DNA from: a virus
Taxonomy: Duplodnaviria > Caudoviricetes
Virus record (IMG/VR): IMGVR_UViG_3300037418_002332
Strand: one strand, 5' to 3'
DNA: 64,000 bases
A model generated the notes under the pieces. The model made no database searches, was not told the origin of the DNA, and saw only the letters and a list, made by a program, of their open reading frames with translations. Below, piece after piece: positions 39,495-48,802 of the stretch; within the stretch, counting starts at the first letter, position 1; every line of letters begins with the position of its first letter. Position numbers and translations under genes: made by a program.

Positions 39495-39844
39495 TGTCAA
39501 TTAGAGAAAAAATTATTGAAAGTGTGAAGGAAAAATTTGTCATGACTGAATCAGTGAATTTGAAAGACTTGTCAAAAGAGCATCAACACGCTTATAAAAA
39601 TTTGAAGGCCCATCTAAATAAAATTGGATCAAAACATTCAATCAAATATGATGAACACGGCAAATCTTTGGAAGTTGCTTGGGGATATGATCATCGTAAA
39701 GACAAAAAGCTTTTGAAGAAAGAAGAAGACCTGACACAAAAGGCTTTTTATGATAAAGATTTCAAAGAAAAGAAACTGAAGAATGCCAAAGTTGGATTTC
39801 AAGCGGATATTTCCGGTCATGGAATTCATGACATAAGGGAATAA
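39494..39844 (+). CDS. probable internal head protein
   Basis: MSIREKIIE..MTE leader; basic. Confidence 0.5.
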   Translation: MSIREKIIESVKEKFVMTESVNLKDLSKEHQHAYKNLKAHLNKIGSKHSIKYDEHGKSLEVAWGYDHRKDKKLLKKEEDLTQKAFYDKDFKEKKLKNAKVGFQADISGHGIHDIRE

Positions 39845-40221
39845 TGATGATTAGAGATCGTATCCTTAAAAAGCTTGAGGAAACCCATGTAGCTATCGCC
39901 CAAATGGAAAAGGCGATGACTCGTGGACCTGAAAAATCCAAGAAAAAGCTTGATGCGATCAAGCTCAATTGGAAGCCATTGAGCGATAAGGAATATCAAA
40001 CGCTTTCAAGATTCCACGACAAAAAGGCTGAAGGTTTCACCAACGAAAAGACTCAAAAAGTCACTTACACGACAACTGATGGACATCATGTAGAAAAGAC
40101 GTCCAATAGTCTTTTGCCAACTCTCCATAAGGTTACAACCAAAGATGGTAAAGTTGAGCACTACATTGACTCAAAAGCTTACAGTGAAAAGAAAGCAAAA
40201 AATAGAAAGAATCAACAATGA
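39844..40221 (+). CDS. probable internal head protein
   Basis: MMIRDRILKKLEE leader; basic. Confidence 0.5.
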   Translation: MMIRDRILKKLEETHVAIAQMEKAMTRGPEKSKKKLDAIKLNWKPLSDKEYQTLSRFHDKKAEGFTNEKTQKVTYTTTDGHHVEKTSNSLLPTLHKVTTKDGKVEHYIDSKAYSEKKAKNRKNQQ

Positions 40222-40424
40222 AAAAATTCACAGAGTTCGTAACTGAAGGTAAAAATATGACAGTCAAACATACTGTTGTATACACTGACACCAATGGTCA
40301 AAAACGTGAAGTTGTCAAATATGGTATGTCAGATCAAAAGGCAATGGCTCATGTTCAGAAATTGCCTGATTTCAAAAGCCATCATCATGTTCGCACCACA
40401 ATGGTGCCTAAGCTTTCTAAGTGA
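40218..40424 (+). CDS. probable internal head protein (IP-like)
   Basis: MKKFTEFVTE resembles T4 CTS MKTYQEFIAE. Confidence 0.6.
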   Translation: MKKFTEFVTEGKNMTVKHTVVYTDTNGQKREVVKYGMSDQKAMAHVQKLPDFKSHHHVRTTMVPKLSK

Positions 40425-40869
40425 AGTGTTCACGTATTTCGGAAAGACTGGTGTAACGTTTTACATTGGTCTTTTTCCATTTATTGATTGATTCATTCAA
40501 CCAATCTTCGGATTCAAGAACTCCCACCAAAACTTGTGCTAGAACTTCACCAAAGTTCACTTCTCCTCTGGTCTTTCCCAAACAAACAATTTCTCGTTTG
40601 AAATTTTCTCGTCCATGGACTTCAACAAGCTTGTTGACTGTCTCTGAAGAACCATAATAATCCTTCCAGTCCGAGTCGAATTTGACTCGCTTCCCCTTCT
40701 TCTTCCGTGAATGTACAAAATATTTTCGGCCGATGTAACGCTTGCCAGTGGTGAGATCGGTGATGCAGTACACGAAGCCTGCATTCTTGCCGATCAGCTT
40801 CTCATCGAATGGAATACCCTTGTAAAGCCATGGAATATATAGAACGTCATCAGTAATCGTAGTCGTCAT
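40417..40869 (-). CDS. GIY-YIG family nuclease
   Basis: GFVYCITDLTTGKRYIGRK, YYGSS, FKREI. Confidence 0.85.
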   Translation of the reverse strand: MTTTITDDVLYIPWLYKGIPFDEKLIGKNAGFVYCITDLTTGKRYIGRKYFVHSRKKKGKRVKFDSDWKDYYGSSETVNKLVEVHGRENFKREIVCLGKTRGEVNFGEVLAQVLVGVLESEDWLNESINKWKKTNVKRYTSLSEIREHFT

Positions 40870-41017
40870 CTTCTTCATCCTCATCGAGTGGAACATCGTC
40901 GATACGAATTCCACAGAATGGGCAAAAGAATTCTTCCGCCGCTTCATCGCACTCATAACGGATGACAAAATCTACATCTGAACAGCTGCAGCTGCTTTCA
41001 AATTTATGTTTAGGCAC
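40850..41017 (-). CDS. 55-aa zinc-ribbon protein with acidic tail (not in ORF track)
   Basis: GTG start, GGAG SD; CSCS...CPFCG...DEDEEDDDYDY. Confidence 0.65.
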   Translation of the reverse strand: MPKHKFESSCSCSDVDFVIRYECDEAAEEFFCPFCGIRIDDVPLDEDEEDDDYDY

Positions 41018-41037
41018 TGTTAGTATTACTCCAAGGA

Positions 41038-41301
41038 TTGAATGAAATGTTGATATCCAGTATAATTAAAAAAGAATATTATGAGTCTATCATAGTGGTA
41101 GACTTGAACGAATTATCCCACGCTGAATATATCAATGATATTGCCGCGTTCTATCTTAAGAACAATGGCTGCATTGAACTCATTCGTAATGCCAAGGATG
41201 CTAATAACGATCTCAAGAAAATGTTTCTCGACATATATAGCTCCTGGAAAAAATACAATGAAAATATCAACATAATCACCCAAGTCATGGAGAATCAATG
41301 A
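41038..41301 (+). CDS. hypothetical protein
   Basis: 87-aa ORF. Confidence 0.45.
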   Translation: MNEMLISSIIKKEYYESIIVVDLNELSHAEYINDIAAFYLKNNGCIELIRNAKDANNDLKKMFLDIYSSWKKYNENINIITQVMENQ

Positions 41302-41858
41302 GTTACGGAAATGTAACCGTTTTCGCTGGACCAATGTTCTGCGGAAAAACATCACATTTGCTACAACAATACATCTGGAAAAATCACGCCAAAGATTACT
41401 CGCTTCTAATCAAACCTGCTTTTGATGATCGTTATTCAATGACGGAAGTCGTTACGCATCTTGGATTGAAAGCAACTGCTGCAAATATTACAGATGCGGC
41501 AAGGATCATGGATTATTTCCAAAACGATCAATATCGAAACTTGATGATCGATGAATGTCAATTTTTCACTGCACCGCACGTTCGCGGTGACATTTTTCCA
41601 TATCTGAAACTGCTTCTCAATCGCGGTGTCAATATATACGCATCGGGACTTGATATGGATTGGATGGGCGAACCATTCGAAGTTACGGCAAAGCTTTTGG
41701 CTATGGCAGATAACGTCCATAAGCTCAAATCAGTTTGTAATTATTCAGGCAAAGAAGCCTCAAAGACATATAAAAAGAGCTTATCTGGTGGATCAGTGGA
41801 ACTTGGTGAAACTGATAAATATGAAGCCAGAAATAACGAATTTTGGAGATACGAATGA
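41298..41858 (+). CDS. tk: Thymidine kinase
   Basis: GPMFCGKT, IDECQFF, GLDMDW.GEPF, KYEA. Confidence 0.93.
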   Translation: MSYGNVTVFAGPMFCGKTSHLLQQYIWKNHAKDYSLLIKPAFDDRYSMTEVVTHLGLKATAANITDAARIMDYFQNDQYRNLMIDECQFFTAPHVRGDIFPYLKLLLNRGVNIYASGLDMDWMGEPFEVTAKLLAMADNVHKLKSVCNYSGKEASKTYKKSLSGGSVELGETDKYEARNNEFWRYE

Positions 41859-42193
41859 CCAACTTTACAAAAGAAGAAACATTGGGTGCTATCAAATGGT
41901 TTCTTCTTGATTTGACAAGAGAACAATTTGCTGAATTCAATGATAAGGAAACAAGATCAAAATTCGTTGAAGTGACAAATGAGTTTTTGGAACGTATGAA
42001 GTTTCATGAAATGATTGAAAACTATATTGTTATTTGCGATGAAACAAATAACACAGAACCTCAAATTGATGCAAATGAATTTAGATCATCGACTTATTTG
42101 AAATTTTCAAACGATCCGGAATTTACATGTTTGAATACTGTGTATGCAAGAACTGGAATTGAATTGGAGCATATAAAGGGGATGATGCCTTGA
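41855..42193 (+). CDS. stand-alone tail-sheath (gp18) C-terminal domain
   Basis: EFNDKETRSKF...YIVICDETNNTEPQIDANEF...LNTVYARTG resembles gp18 C-terminus (recalled). Confidence 0.8.
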   Translation: MTNFTKEETLGAIKWFLLDLTREQFAEFNDKETRSKFVEVTNEFLERMKFHEMIENYIVICDETNNTEPQIDANEFRSSTYLKFSNDPEFTCLNTVYARTGIELEHIKGMMP

Positions 42194-42522
42194 CATATGG
42201 ACAAGCTCTTGCCATAGACGTAAAATTACATTTATCTTTGGAATGGAATAAGCTATTCTTAGCTGAAAATTCCTCAGTAAATAGGGCGATTGTAACCTCA
42301 ACAGCCTGTTCCGTCCTTGATGGAATGGTGATGACTGATGACATTTATGATTTCAAGGTTGTTTGTGATCAAACGAACAATCTGCCTGGCGAAGATAAAA
42401 TCATTGTTGATGTTTATGTGAAACCGAAAAAAGTTGTGCAGTTTGTACATATGTCATGTGTCCTACCTGCTGATGATGGGTATATAATGGGAAGAAAAGT
42501 ATGCAGCAAGAGAGACTTGTAG
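42190..42522 (+). CDS. second stand-alone tail-sheath C-terminal domain
   Basis: IYDFKVVCDQTNN...VDVYVKPKKVVQFV. Confidence 0.75.
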   Translation: MTYGQALAIDVKLHLSLEWNKLFLAENSSVNRAIVTSTACSVLDGMVMTDDIYDFKVVCDQTNNLPGEDKIIVDVYVKPKKVVQFVHMSCVLPADDGYIMGRKVCSKRDL

Positions 42523-43052
42523 AATTATTCAAACATGTAGATCAATTGGCCAGTCAAGAACTTTGGTATTCATTGGACCAAAATCTTCGTGACATGAAAA
42601 CAATGACGCATTCTAGAAATGATCATGAAAGAATTTTGGCAGTTGCGATGGCCAGAGCCTGTTTTCGTTTCAGATCAAAATTGACATATTTTGAAACGTT
42701 TGTTGCGAATGGTATTCATAATTTCCATGACGAAAAACCATGGAGGGGATTACTCACATCAAATGTTATTCATAGCACTGAAATTCCTATGAATGTGCGA
42801 AAATTTTTGAAATCTGATATTGAAAAATTGATAAGCATTCCTCAACGTGTTCTATCAGTCATGGCCGTTCCGCCGGGTGGTAACATACCTCAGATTTTCG
42901 CATTTGAATTGATGAAATCTGAATGGACAACTGGTACTGCATTGCTCAAAGATGCATGGTTTGTATCTCCAGAACGTGATTCAGATCGAATAGAAATTGA
43001 ACGTATGTCAAACCAAATGTATGAATACGAAAAGGAACAAGGAAAGAAATGA
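42501..43052 (+). CDS. hypothetical protein
   Basis: 183-aa ORF. Confidence 0.55.
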   Translation: MQQERLVELFKHVDQLASQELWYSLDQNLRDMKTMTHSRNDHERILAVAMARACFRFRSKLTYFETFVANGIHNFHDEKPWRGLLTSNVIHSTEIPMNVRKFLKSDIEKLISIPQRVLSVMAVPPGGNIPQIFAFELMKSEWTTGTALLKDAWFVSPERDSDRIEIERMSNQMYEYEKEQGKK

Positions 43053-43825
43053 TTAAAGTTTTCGTGGGGACGGATGTAAACGGTGGTTGTGCTGAATGCC
43101 AGATGGTGTTTGAGTACAGCCTTCGCAAACATTCATCTGAACCTGTTGAACTAACTTGGATGAAAATTTCAGATGATCCGGCATCATTTTGGTATGGATG
43201 GAATACAGCAAGGTGGTCAACACCATTCTCAGGTTTCCGATATGGAATTGCAGAATATTGTGGATATCAAGGCAAAGCAATTTACTGTGATGACGATCAA
43301 GTTTGGCTAGACGATCCAGCGAAACTTTGGAACACAGAAATCGCATCCGATAAAATCATGACTGGAAAACAGTTGCCAAACGGTGAAATTCGCCATTGTG
43401 TCTCATTGATTGATTGTGAAAAATGGAGAACTCTTCCACCAGCCTCCAGACGTAAGGCAAATGAAAATTTCACCGAGGCATTTAAGTCCTTGACTTTCCC
43501 TAAAACACAAATTATAAGTGATTCGTGGAATTGCTACGATGGCGAGGATATGGCTTTGTCTGATATCCAATTGCTCCATCTAACAGATATGTCGTCCAAT
43601 CCGGGTGTGCATCTGGCAATCAAGCGTCTTGGTGATCAAGCCAAACATTGGTACGATGGTCCGCTTCGCGATCACCGTCGTCCTGATGTTGTGGAGTTGT
43701 TTCAACAATATTATGATGAAGCATTGGCTGCTGGCTATTCAGTTGCTGATTATATTCCAAATGAACAATTAAATTATGTGAAACAAACGCAGCGAGGATA
43801 TGCAGCGAACAATGGTTGGGAATGA
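43049..43825 (+). CDS. GT-A glycosyltransferase (GT8-like)
   Basis: IKVFVG, STPFSGFRY, AIYCDDDQ DxD motif, LLHLTDM. Confidence 0.75.
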   Translation: MIKVFVGTDVNGGCAECQMVFEYSLRKHSSEPVELTWMKISDDPASFWYGWNTARWSTPFSGFRYGIAEYCGYQGKAIYCDDDQVWLDDPAKLWNTEIASDKIMTGKQLPNGEIRHCVSLIDCEKWRTLPPASRRKANENFTEAFKSLTFPKTQIISDSWNCYDGEDMALSDIQLLHLTDMSSNPGVHLAIKRLGDQAKHWYDGPLRDHRRPDVVELFQQYYDEALAAGYSVADYIPNEQLNYVKQTQRGYAANNGWE

Positions 43826-44231
43826 CGATACTAGTCCGCGTTATGTTACCTATGATGTTGAATTTAACAACTACGAACAACAATACTATTTTGAAAATGT
43901 GTTCAATATCCTTTCAGGACGCATCGATGTAATCTTCAATATTCACAAAATGACACTGTTTAAATGTATCTATCACTACAATAGATTGCATCAAAAAGCA
44001 TTTGATTTTTGGTGTCAAAATGAAAATGAACGCGAAGAATTGAAATCCGCATATGATTATGTTTTCAAATATAAAAATGCTGAAAACAATACGGATTTGT
44101 TCAATTGGTGGGTTGCGGATTTGTCAAAACGCAGTCCAAGACGTAATTTGATTCTCTTGAGTACAAGTAAATCTTTGCTTCAAACTATGAAACCAACACT
44201 CAATGGTTTCTCATTTGTGGTTAATATGTGA
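43800..44231 (+). CDS. paralogous family member 1
   Basis: YDVEF...LFKCIYHY..FDFW. Confidence 0.6.
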   Translation: MQRTMVGNDDTSPRYVTYDVEFNNYEQQYYFENVFNILSGRIDVIFNIHKMTLFKCIYHYNRLHQKAFDFWCQNENEREELKSAYDYVFKYKNAENNTDLFNWWVADLSKRSPRRNLILLSTSKSLLQTMKPTLNGFSFVVNM

Positions 44232-44273
44232 TGAATAAATGGTATTGGGTGAAATTATCAATTTCATATTTGG

Positions 44274-44696
44274 ATGGCGCAACTGATGTCCTACAAATCA
44301 AAATATGTGAATGATGTTGAATGTAAGGATGAGCTTGAGGCTGAAAACTTCAAGGATGTCATAGATTTTCTTGGCCGATTGCACAATCCACCAATTCATA
44401 CATATGACTTCTTCGATGCATTATTTTTCAAAGCTTGCTATCATTATCAACGATGGAGCGGAATAATATTCAATGCTCTGGTGGAAAAAACCATTTTTGT
44501 AGGCGGACCAGCTTTCGTCTGGTATGAAGACATTTATATTCAACGCAACACAGAAAATAACACCAGATTAAGAATTAAACTGCATTTAGAAAAACCATCT
44601 TTGTCAAAAATAGATTTTATTTTGGGAACAAGTGGGGAATTTTTGGATCATTTTCATGGGCATATGATAGCAAGGGTGCGTTTGCATGAGGAATGA
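44274..44696 (+). CDS. paralogous family member 2
   Basis: NDVEC...FFKACYHY. Confidence 0.6.
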   Translation: MAQLMSYKSKYVNDVECKDELEAENFKDVIDFLGRLHNPPIHTYDFFDALFFKACYHYQRWSGIIFNALVEKTIFVGGPAFVWYEDIYIQRNTENNTRLRIKLHLEKPSLSKIDFILGTSGEFLDHFHGHMIARVRLHEE

Positions 44697-45096
44697 AGTA
44701 AGATACACTTCTTATGACATTGAGTTTGAAAGTCAAGAACAAAAAATGACATTCGAAACTGTTCTTGATATGATCACAAATGATGTACCAGGATATTATG
44801 TAATTCCAAGAATGAGGCTATTCAAGTGCACTTATCACTTGAATAGAATTTTTGGTATGGAATTTGATTTTTGGCCAATGTCTGATATTGATCGAGATAG
44901 TATGATGAAAGCATATTCATACGTATATCAAAAGAAAAATGATGCTAATGGTACAACATGTTCAAACCGTTGGCCAAACGAATATGATCGAATTAATTCG
45001 CACAACTCATTGATAATTATGAGTGAGTCCAAATTGAAGATTCAAGATTACGCATCAAACGGATTACTCAAGTGTCATAGATTTTTGGTGGAATAA
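44686..45096 (+). CDS. paralogous family member 3
   Basis: YDIEF...LFKCTYHL..FDFW. Confidence 0.6.
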   Translation: MRNEVRYTSYDIEFESQEQKMTFETVLDMITNDVPGYYVIPRMRLFKCTYHLNRIFGMEFDFWPMSDIDRDSMMKAYSYVYQKKNDANGTTCSNRWPNEYDRINSHNSLIIMSESKLKIQDYASNGLLKCHRFLVE

Positions 45097-45554
45097 TGTC
45101 AGAAGATTTTTCGATACATTACAAAGATATTGAGTTCAAATCCAACTCCATGCGCGTTTGGTATGAAAAATCCGAAAATTATTTTGATGACTCACGTTTA
45201 CAGAAGATTGGCAAATTTGTTAAAGCGTCACCAGAAGTGTTTGCGAAATTTTTGTATCACTACGTTGATTGGCACCTTCAAACAGATATTTTGTTGATAA
45301 TAGCACCGACGGAACCTGATTTCATTACAATCAAAGAAAAAATAGAAAATGTTTTTTATGGCAAATGCAATGAATATGGTCAATTAGATGGTGCTAAAGT
45401 TGCATTTTTCCTTCCAAAAAAGCCAAAAGATGTTAAGTTGGTTCTTGATAGCAGAAAAGCTGGTAATAAATTGACCGTAAGTTTACGACGTGATGTCGCA
45501 ATGTTTGTTGAACAAATTGAACATAGTCATCCAAAAGTGGAGTTGACTCCTTGA
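45096..45554 (+). CDS. paralogous family member 4
   Basis: KDIEF...FAKFLYHY. Confidence 0.6.
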   Translation: MSEDFSIHYKDIEFKSNSMRVWYEKSENYFDDSRLQKIGKFVKASPEVFAKFLYHYVDWHLQTDILLIIAPTEPDFITIKEKIENVFYGKCNEYGQLDGAKVAFFLPKKPKDVKLVLDSRKAGNKLTVSLRRDVAMFVEQIEHSHPKVELTP

Positions 45555-46015
45555 GCAAATTTCATCAAACATTTAAAGATTTGTGTTTTGATGATTCAGA
45601 TCGATTCAAAAGATTCATGGACCATTGGTGGTGGTTGGAACAATCAGATTACCATGACTATCAACCAGTTAGTGATATGGTTTTCTTTGGAAGCGTATTT
45701 TTCGAATGGCTAAGAATCACAGGAAACAAACCGACTGTTTGGTGGGGCAATCACCTACTAAATCAGACTGATTATTTGAAAAGTTTTGTGATGGGATTTG
45801 AGACAAGAGAGCTATCTTGGTGTGAGGACGGCGTCAAAATGCTTGACACTTTCAATACTGGTGAATTAAAAGAATTGATGGAAAATGAACACGGATTCAC
45901 TTTCAACTCACAAAATAAAATGAGTGAGCAACATTTTATAATATATGATGGACAAGAAGTTTTGCCTGATTGGTTAATACAACAAGTTAACATAGGAATA
46001 ATAGAAACCATATGA
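45551..46015 (+). CDS. paralogous family member 5 (divergent)
   Basis: KDLCF...FFGSVFFEW. Confidence 0.5.
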   Translation: MSKFHQTFKDLCFDDSDRFKRFMDHWWWLEQSDYHDYQPVSDMVFFGSVFFEWLRITGNKPTVWWGNHLLNQTDYLKSFVMGFETRELSWCEDGVKMLDTFNTGELKELMENEHGFTFNSQNKMSEQHFIIYDGQEVLPDWLIQQVNIGIIETI

Positions 46016-46755
46016 TCGTTTACGCCGCAGCTGATACCAACTATTTTATGGAACATGGCCTTGAGTTTATCAACTCATGTGTAGCCAATGAGAATTTTTG
46101 TCACATAACTGTGTTCCTAAATTTTATGGAAGACGTAGATGATCAAGTTCGAAAAGTCCAAGCATTCATGACCGCGAATGAATCAAAGCTTCATCCTAAT
46201 GCGAAGAAATATTTGATTCCGCCGGAATTTTTCACTCAAATGTACAAATGTCAAATTGATGATAATCGTGCATACTATGCTTCTTTCAGATTCATGCATT
46301 TGCCTTATGTGATGAGTCAGTTTCCAACTGAAGATATTTTGGTTTTGGATATTGATTCTGTTGTGAAGAAAAAACTTCCTGATATCAAAGCTGATATGGG
46401 TGTGTATTTACGTTTGGACAATATTGCTGGGGCAAATTTGTATGAACAAATGGGCATGTTGGTGGCTGCTGGAATATTGTATATTCCGTGGCATAAAAGA
46501 GAGTTGGCTGAAATTTTGAAAGCTGAACTTCTTAATCAACCAATCCGTTGGTTCTGCGATCAGCATGCAATTTTGAAAGTGTATCGTGCATTAACCCAAG
46601 AAACTCAACCACCTGTGATCTATGATTTTGCAGTAACTGAATGGTTGGATTGGGAATTTGTCGAAGATTCCTACATTTGGACCGGCAAGGGCGATCGCAA
46701 ACATAGTGAAAAATATTTGAACGAGAAATCAAAGCACAATGGCATCAGTGGGTGA
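46012..46755 (+). CDS. nucleotide-diphospho-sugar transferase-like protein
   Basis: AYYASFRF, LVLDIDS DxD motif, WFCDQ. Confidence 0.7.
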   Translation: MIVYAAADTNYFMEHGLEFINSCVANENFCHITVFLNFMEDVDDQVRKVQAFMTANESKLHPNAKKYLIPPEFFTQMYKCQIDDNRAYYASFRFMHLPYVMSQFPTEDILVLDIDSVVKKKLPDIKADMGVYLRLDNIAGANLYEQMGMLVAAGILYIPWHKRELAEILKAELLNQPIRWFCDQHAILKVYRALTQETQPPVIYDFAVTEWLDWEFVEDSYIWTGKGDRKHSEKYLNEKSKHNGISG

Positions 46756-47239
46756 TCTATACGATCTTCAAATCATCAAAGATGAAATTTCATTTGACGA
46801 TACACTTGATCAAACAAATTTCAATAATTTTCTTAATGCTGCTTGGTATGGTAAGAAATCCAAATGGCATCTTGGTGGCGATGTTGTTTATGCTCGAGAC
46901 TTTCTTTGCGGAGCAATGTATCAATATTACATTTTGATGCATGAACATCCTGAATGGTTTGATGAAAAAATCAATGTTTTGATAAGATTTAGCACTGATG
47001 ATGCTTCTGATATAGTTGTAAATCAGATATGTGAATTCATAGGGAGCGTTCGACCTGTTCCTCAAGAACTTATCGAAAAACATGGTCCACGTATCATTCA
47101 CTATCATTCCCACATCCCCCATGATGCAGATGTAATTGATATGGCTTTGTATATTCAACCTGAAGGATCTAAACGAGTATTTAAACGTGCTGAATATGTT
47201 TCGCGTATTGATATGACAATGGAGTATTTCAGTCCATGA
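46739..47239 (+). CDS. paralogous family member 6
   Basis: DEISF...DFLCGAMYQY. Confidence 0.55.
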   Translation: MASVGDLYDLQIIKDEISFDDTLDQTNFNNFLNAAWYGKKSKWHLGGDVVYARDFLCGAMYQYYILMHEHPEWFDEKINVLIRFSTDDASDIVVNQICEFIGSVRPVPQELIEKHGPRIIHYHSHIPHDADVIDMALYIQPEGSKRVFKRAEYVSRIDMTMEYFSP

Positions 47240-47697
47240 CAAATGATGAAATTTGGGAAATTTTAAGCAGTATTGATTTTGAAGATTGTAAATCGTCGTA
47301 TAAATCTCATTATTTCGATTTATTTAGAACTATGACACATTGGGAAAATCGTGAAATAGTTACAAGAATGAGTCAAGATGAATGTCATGAATGGCTTGCA
47401 CGATCAATGTATCAATATTCATTATTTCTTGGTGAAATTAATCCACAACTTTATCGTAAAATTCTGTTCGTATTTCGCGAATATATTACAACGAAATCTT
47501 TCACCATAACTCTCGAAGAATTTTTCAAGTTGCGCGGATTTCCAGATGATAGTGGAAGTCACTTGTTGATATATGATGAATATGATGACAACAATCATTA
47601 CGATGTAGTGATTAACGTCATGAGTCGTACAGCCAATTTTATTCCCGAAAACTTCAAAAATGCAAAATGCATCATCGCGGTGATTCACAATGATTGA
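47236..47697 (+). CDS. paralogous family member 7
   Basis: SIDF...WLARSMYQY. Confidence 0.55.
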   Translation: MTNDEIWEILSSIDFEDCKSSYKSHYFDLFRTMTHWENREIVTRMSQDECHEWLARSMYQYSLFLGEINPQLYRKILFVFREYITTKSFTITLEEFFKLRGFPDDSGSHLLIYDEYDDNNHYDVVINVMSRTANFIPENFKNAKCIIAVIHND

Positions 47698-48169
47698 AAT
47701 GAAAGAAGAAATTAAGTGGATTATGTTTCCTGACCATGACACAAGTTCAAAATTTTTTCAATTTTCAGAATTGATGACTGGTGTCAGGCGTAACATTTCA
47801 CCTTGTAATTTGTACTTTGAATCATTGTTTGATTTGAAAGATTTTCTCGCAAGATCGTTGTATCAAATCCATTTGCTGCTTGCCGAACACAAAATAGATT
47901 CTCGACAAATAAAGATTGAGGGTGTTGATTTCGAAAACGACACAATTTCTCAACTTATAAATTTAGTAGATGATTTTATTCTTGGTAAAAACCAAGTACC
48001 GTTCAGCGAGTGTCGCATTAAATTGTGGCACAAAAATGGGATTGGGACATTGTACCAAAATGTCAAGTTTACCGATCACATTATCATAGTTCGAGAAGAA
48101 ACAGCTTTGAATGAAATACCGTTCCCTGATGCTGAACATTTCTATCATTGCATATTGCCTAAAAGATGA
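47690..48169 (+). CDS. paralogous family member 8
   Basis: WIMF...DFLARSLYQI. Confidence 0.55.
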   Translation: MIEMKEEIKWIMFPDHDTSSKFFQFSELMTGVRRNISPCNLYFESLFDLKDFLARSLYQIHLLLAEHKIDSRQIKIEGVDFENDTISQLINLVDDFILGKNQVPFSECRIKLWHKNGIGTLYQNVKFTDHIIIVREETALNEIPFPDAEHFYHCILPKR

Positions 48170-48178
48170 AGGAGACAT

Positions 48179-48802
48179 ATGACCGCCGCATTTACTGAGA
48201 TTCAGACTGCGACTGGTGAATTTTTTGATTATGCGCATTTTTCTGAAACCGATATCCATGAAGAAGATATCGCCCATGCTTTGAGTATGATTTGCAGATT
48301 CAATGGACACTGCTTGAAATTTTACTCAGTAGCAAAGCACCTTTGTTTGGTGCATGATTTGATGGAGTACGATCGTGTCGAAATGAAAAAACCATTGACA
48401 CGTGAAGATGTTTTCCACGGACTAATTCATGATGTTGGTGAAGCATATCTCACCGATATTCCAAGACCATTGAAGAATTACTTTACACAAAGCACTGAAT
48501 TCACTGCTTTCATGGATGACTACATCGATATTGAAAATAGAATCATTGAAGGCTTTGCGCGCAAATATCCATATGGTAAACATGCGCCTCATGCGGCAAC
48601 TGTGAAATACTATGACACATGGGCTTTGTTGCTTGAACAAAAATATCTGATGACCAAAACAAAGAAGGAATGGTCAATAAGTATTGCTGATTATCCTGAT
48701 GAACCTCATTTCGTTAAAGGCATGATGAATCCATTTTTGTATGAAAAAGATTGGGCACGTGAGTTCATGAATAGATTGGAATATTACAATGAAGTTGCTT
48801 GA
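48179..48802 (+). CDS. HD-domain 5'-deoxynucleotidase (YfbR-like)
   Basis: EDIAHALSMICRFNGH, YSVAKH, LIHDVGEAYLTDIPRPLK. Confidence 0.88.
   Translation: MTAAFTEIQTATGEFFDYAHFSETDIHEEDIAHALSMICRFNGHCLKFYSVAKHLCLVHDLMEYDRVEMKKPLTREDVFHGLIHDVGEAYLTDIPRPLKNYFTQSTEFTAFMDDYIDIENRIIEGFARKYPYGKHAPHAATVKYYDTWALLLEQKYLMTKTKKEWSISIADYPDEPHFVKGMMNPFLYEKDWAREFMNRLEYYNEVA

Noticed and set aside
42501-43052. Possible fifth capsid fragment (VLSVMAVPPGGNIPQIFAF)
   Set aside because: Resemblance to the Gol block is too weak to call by eye
48179-48802. DatZ / Z-genome pathway
   Set aside because: The HD nucleotidase fits, but no PurZ or other supporting gene is in the window
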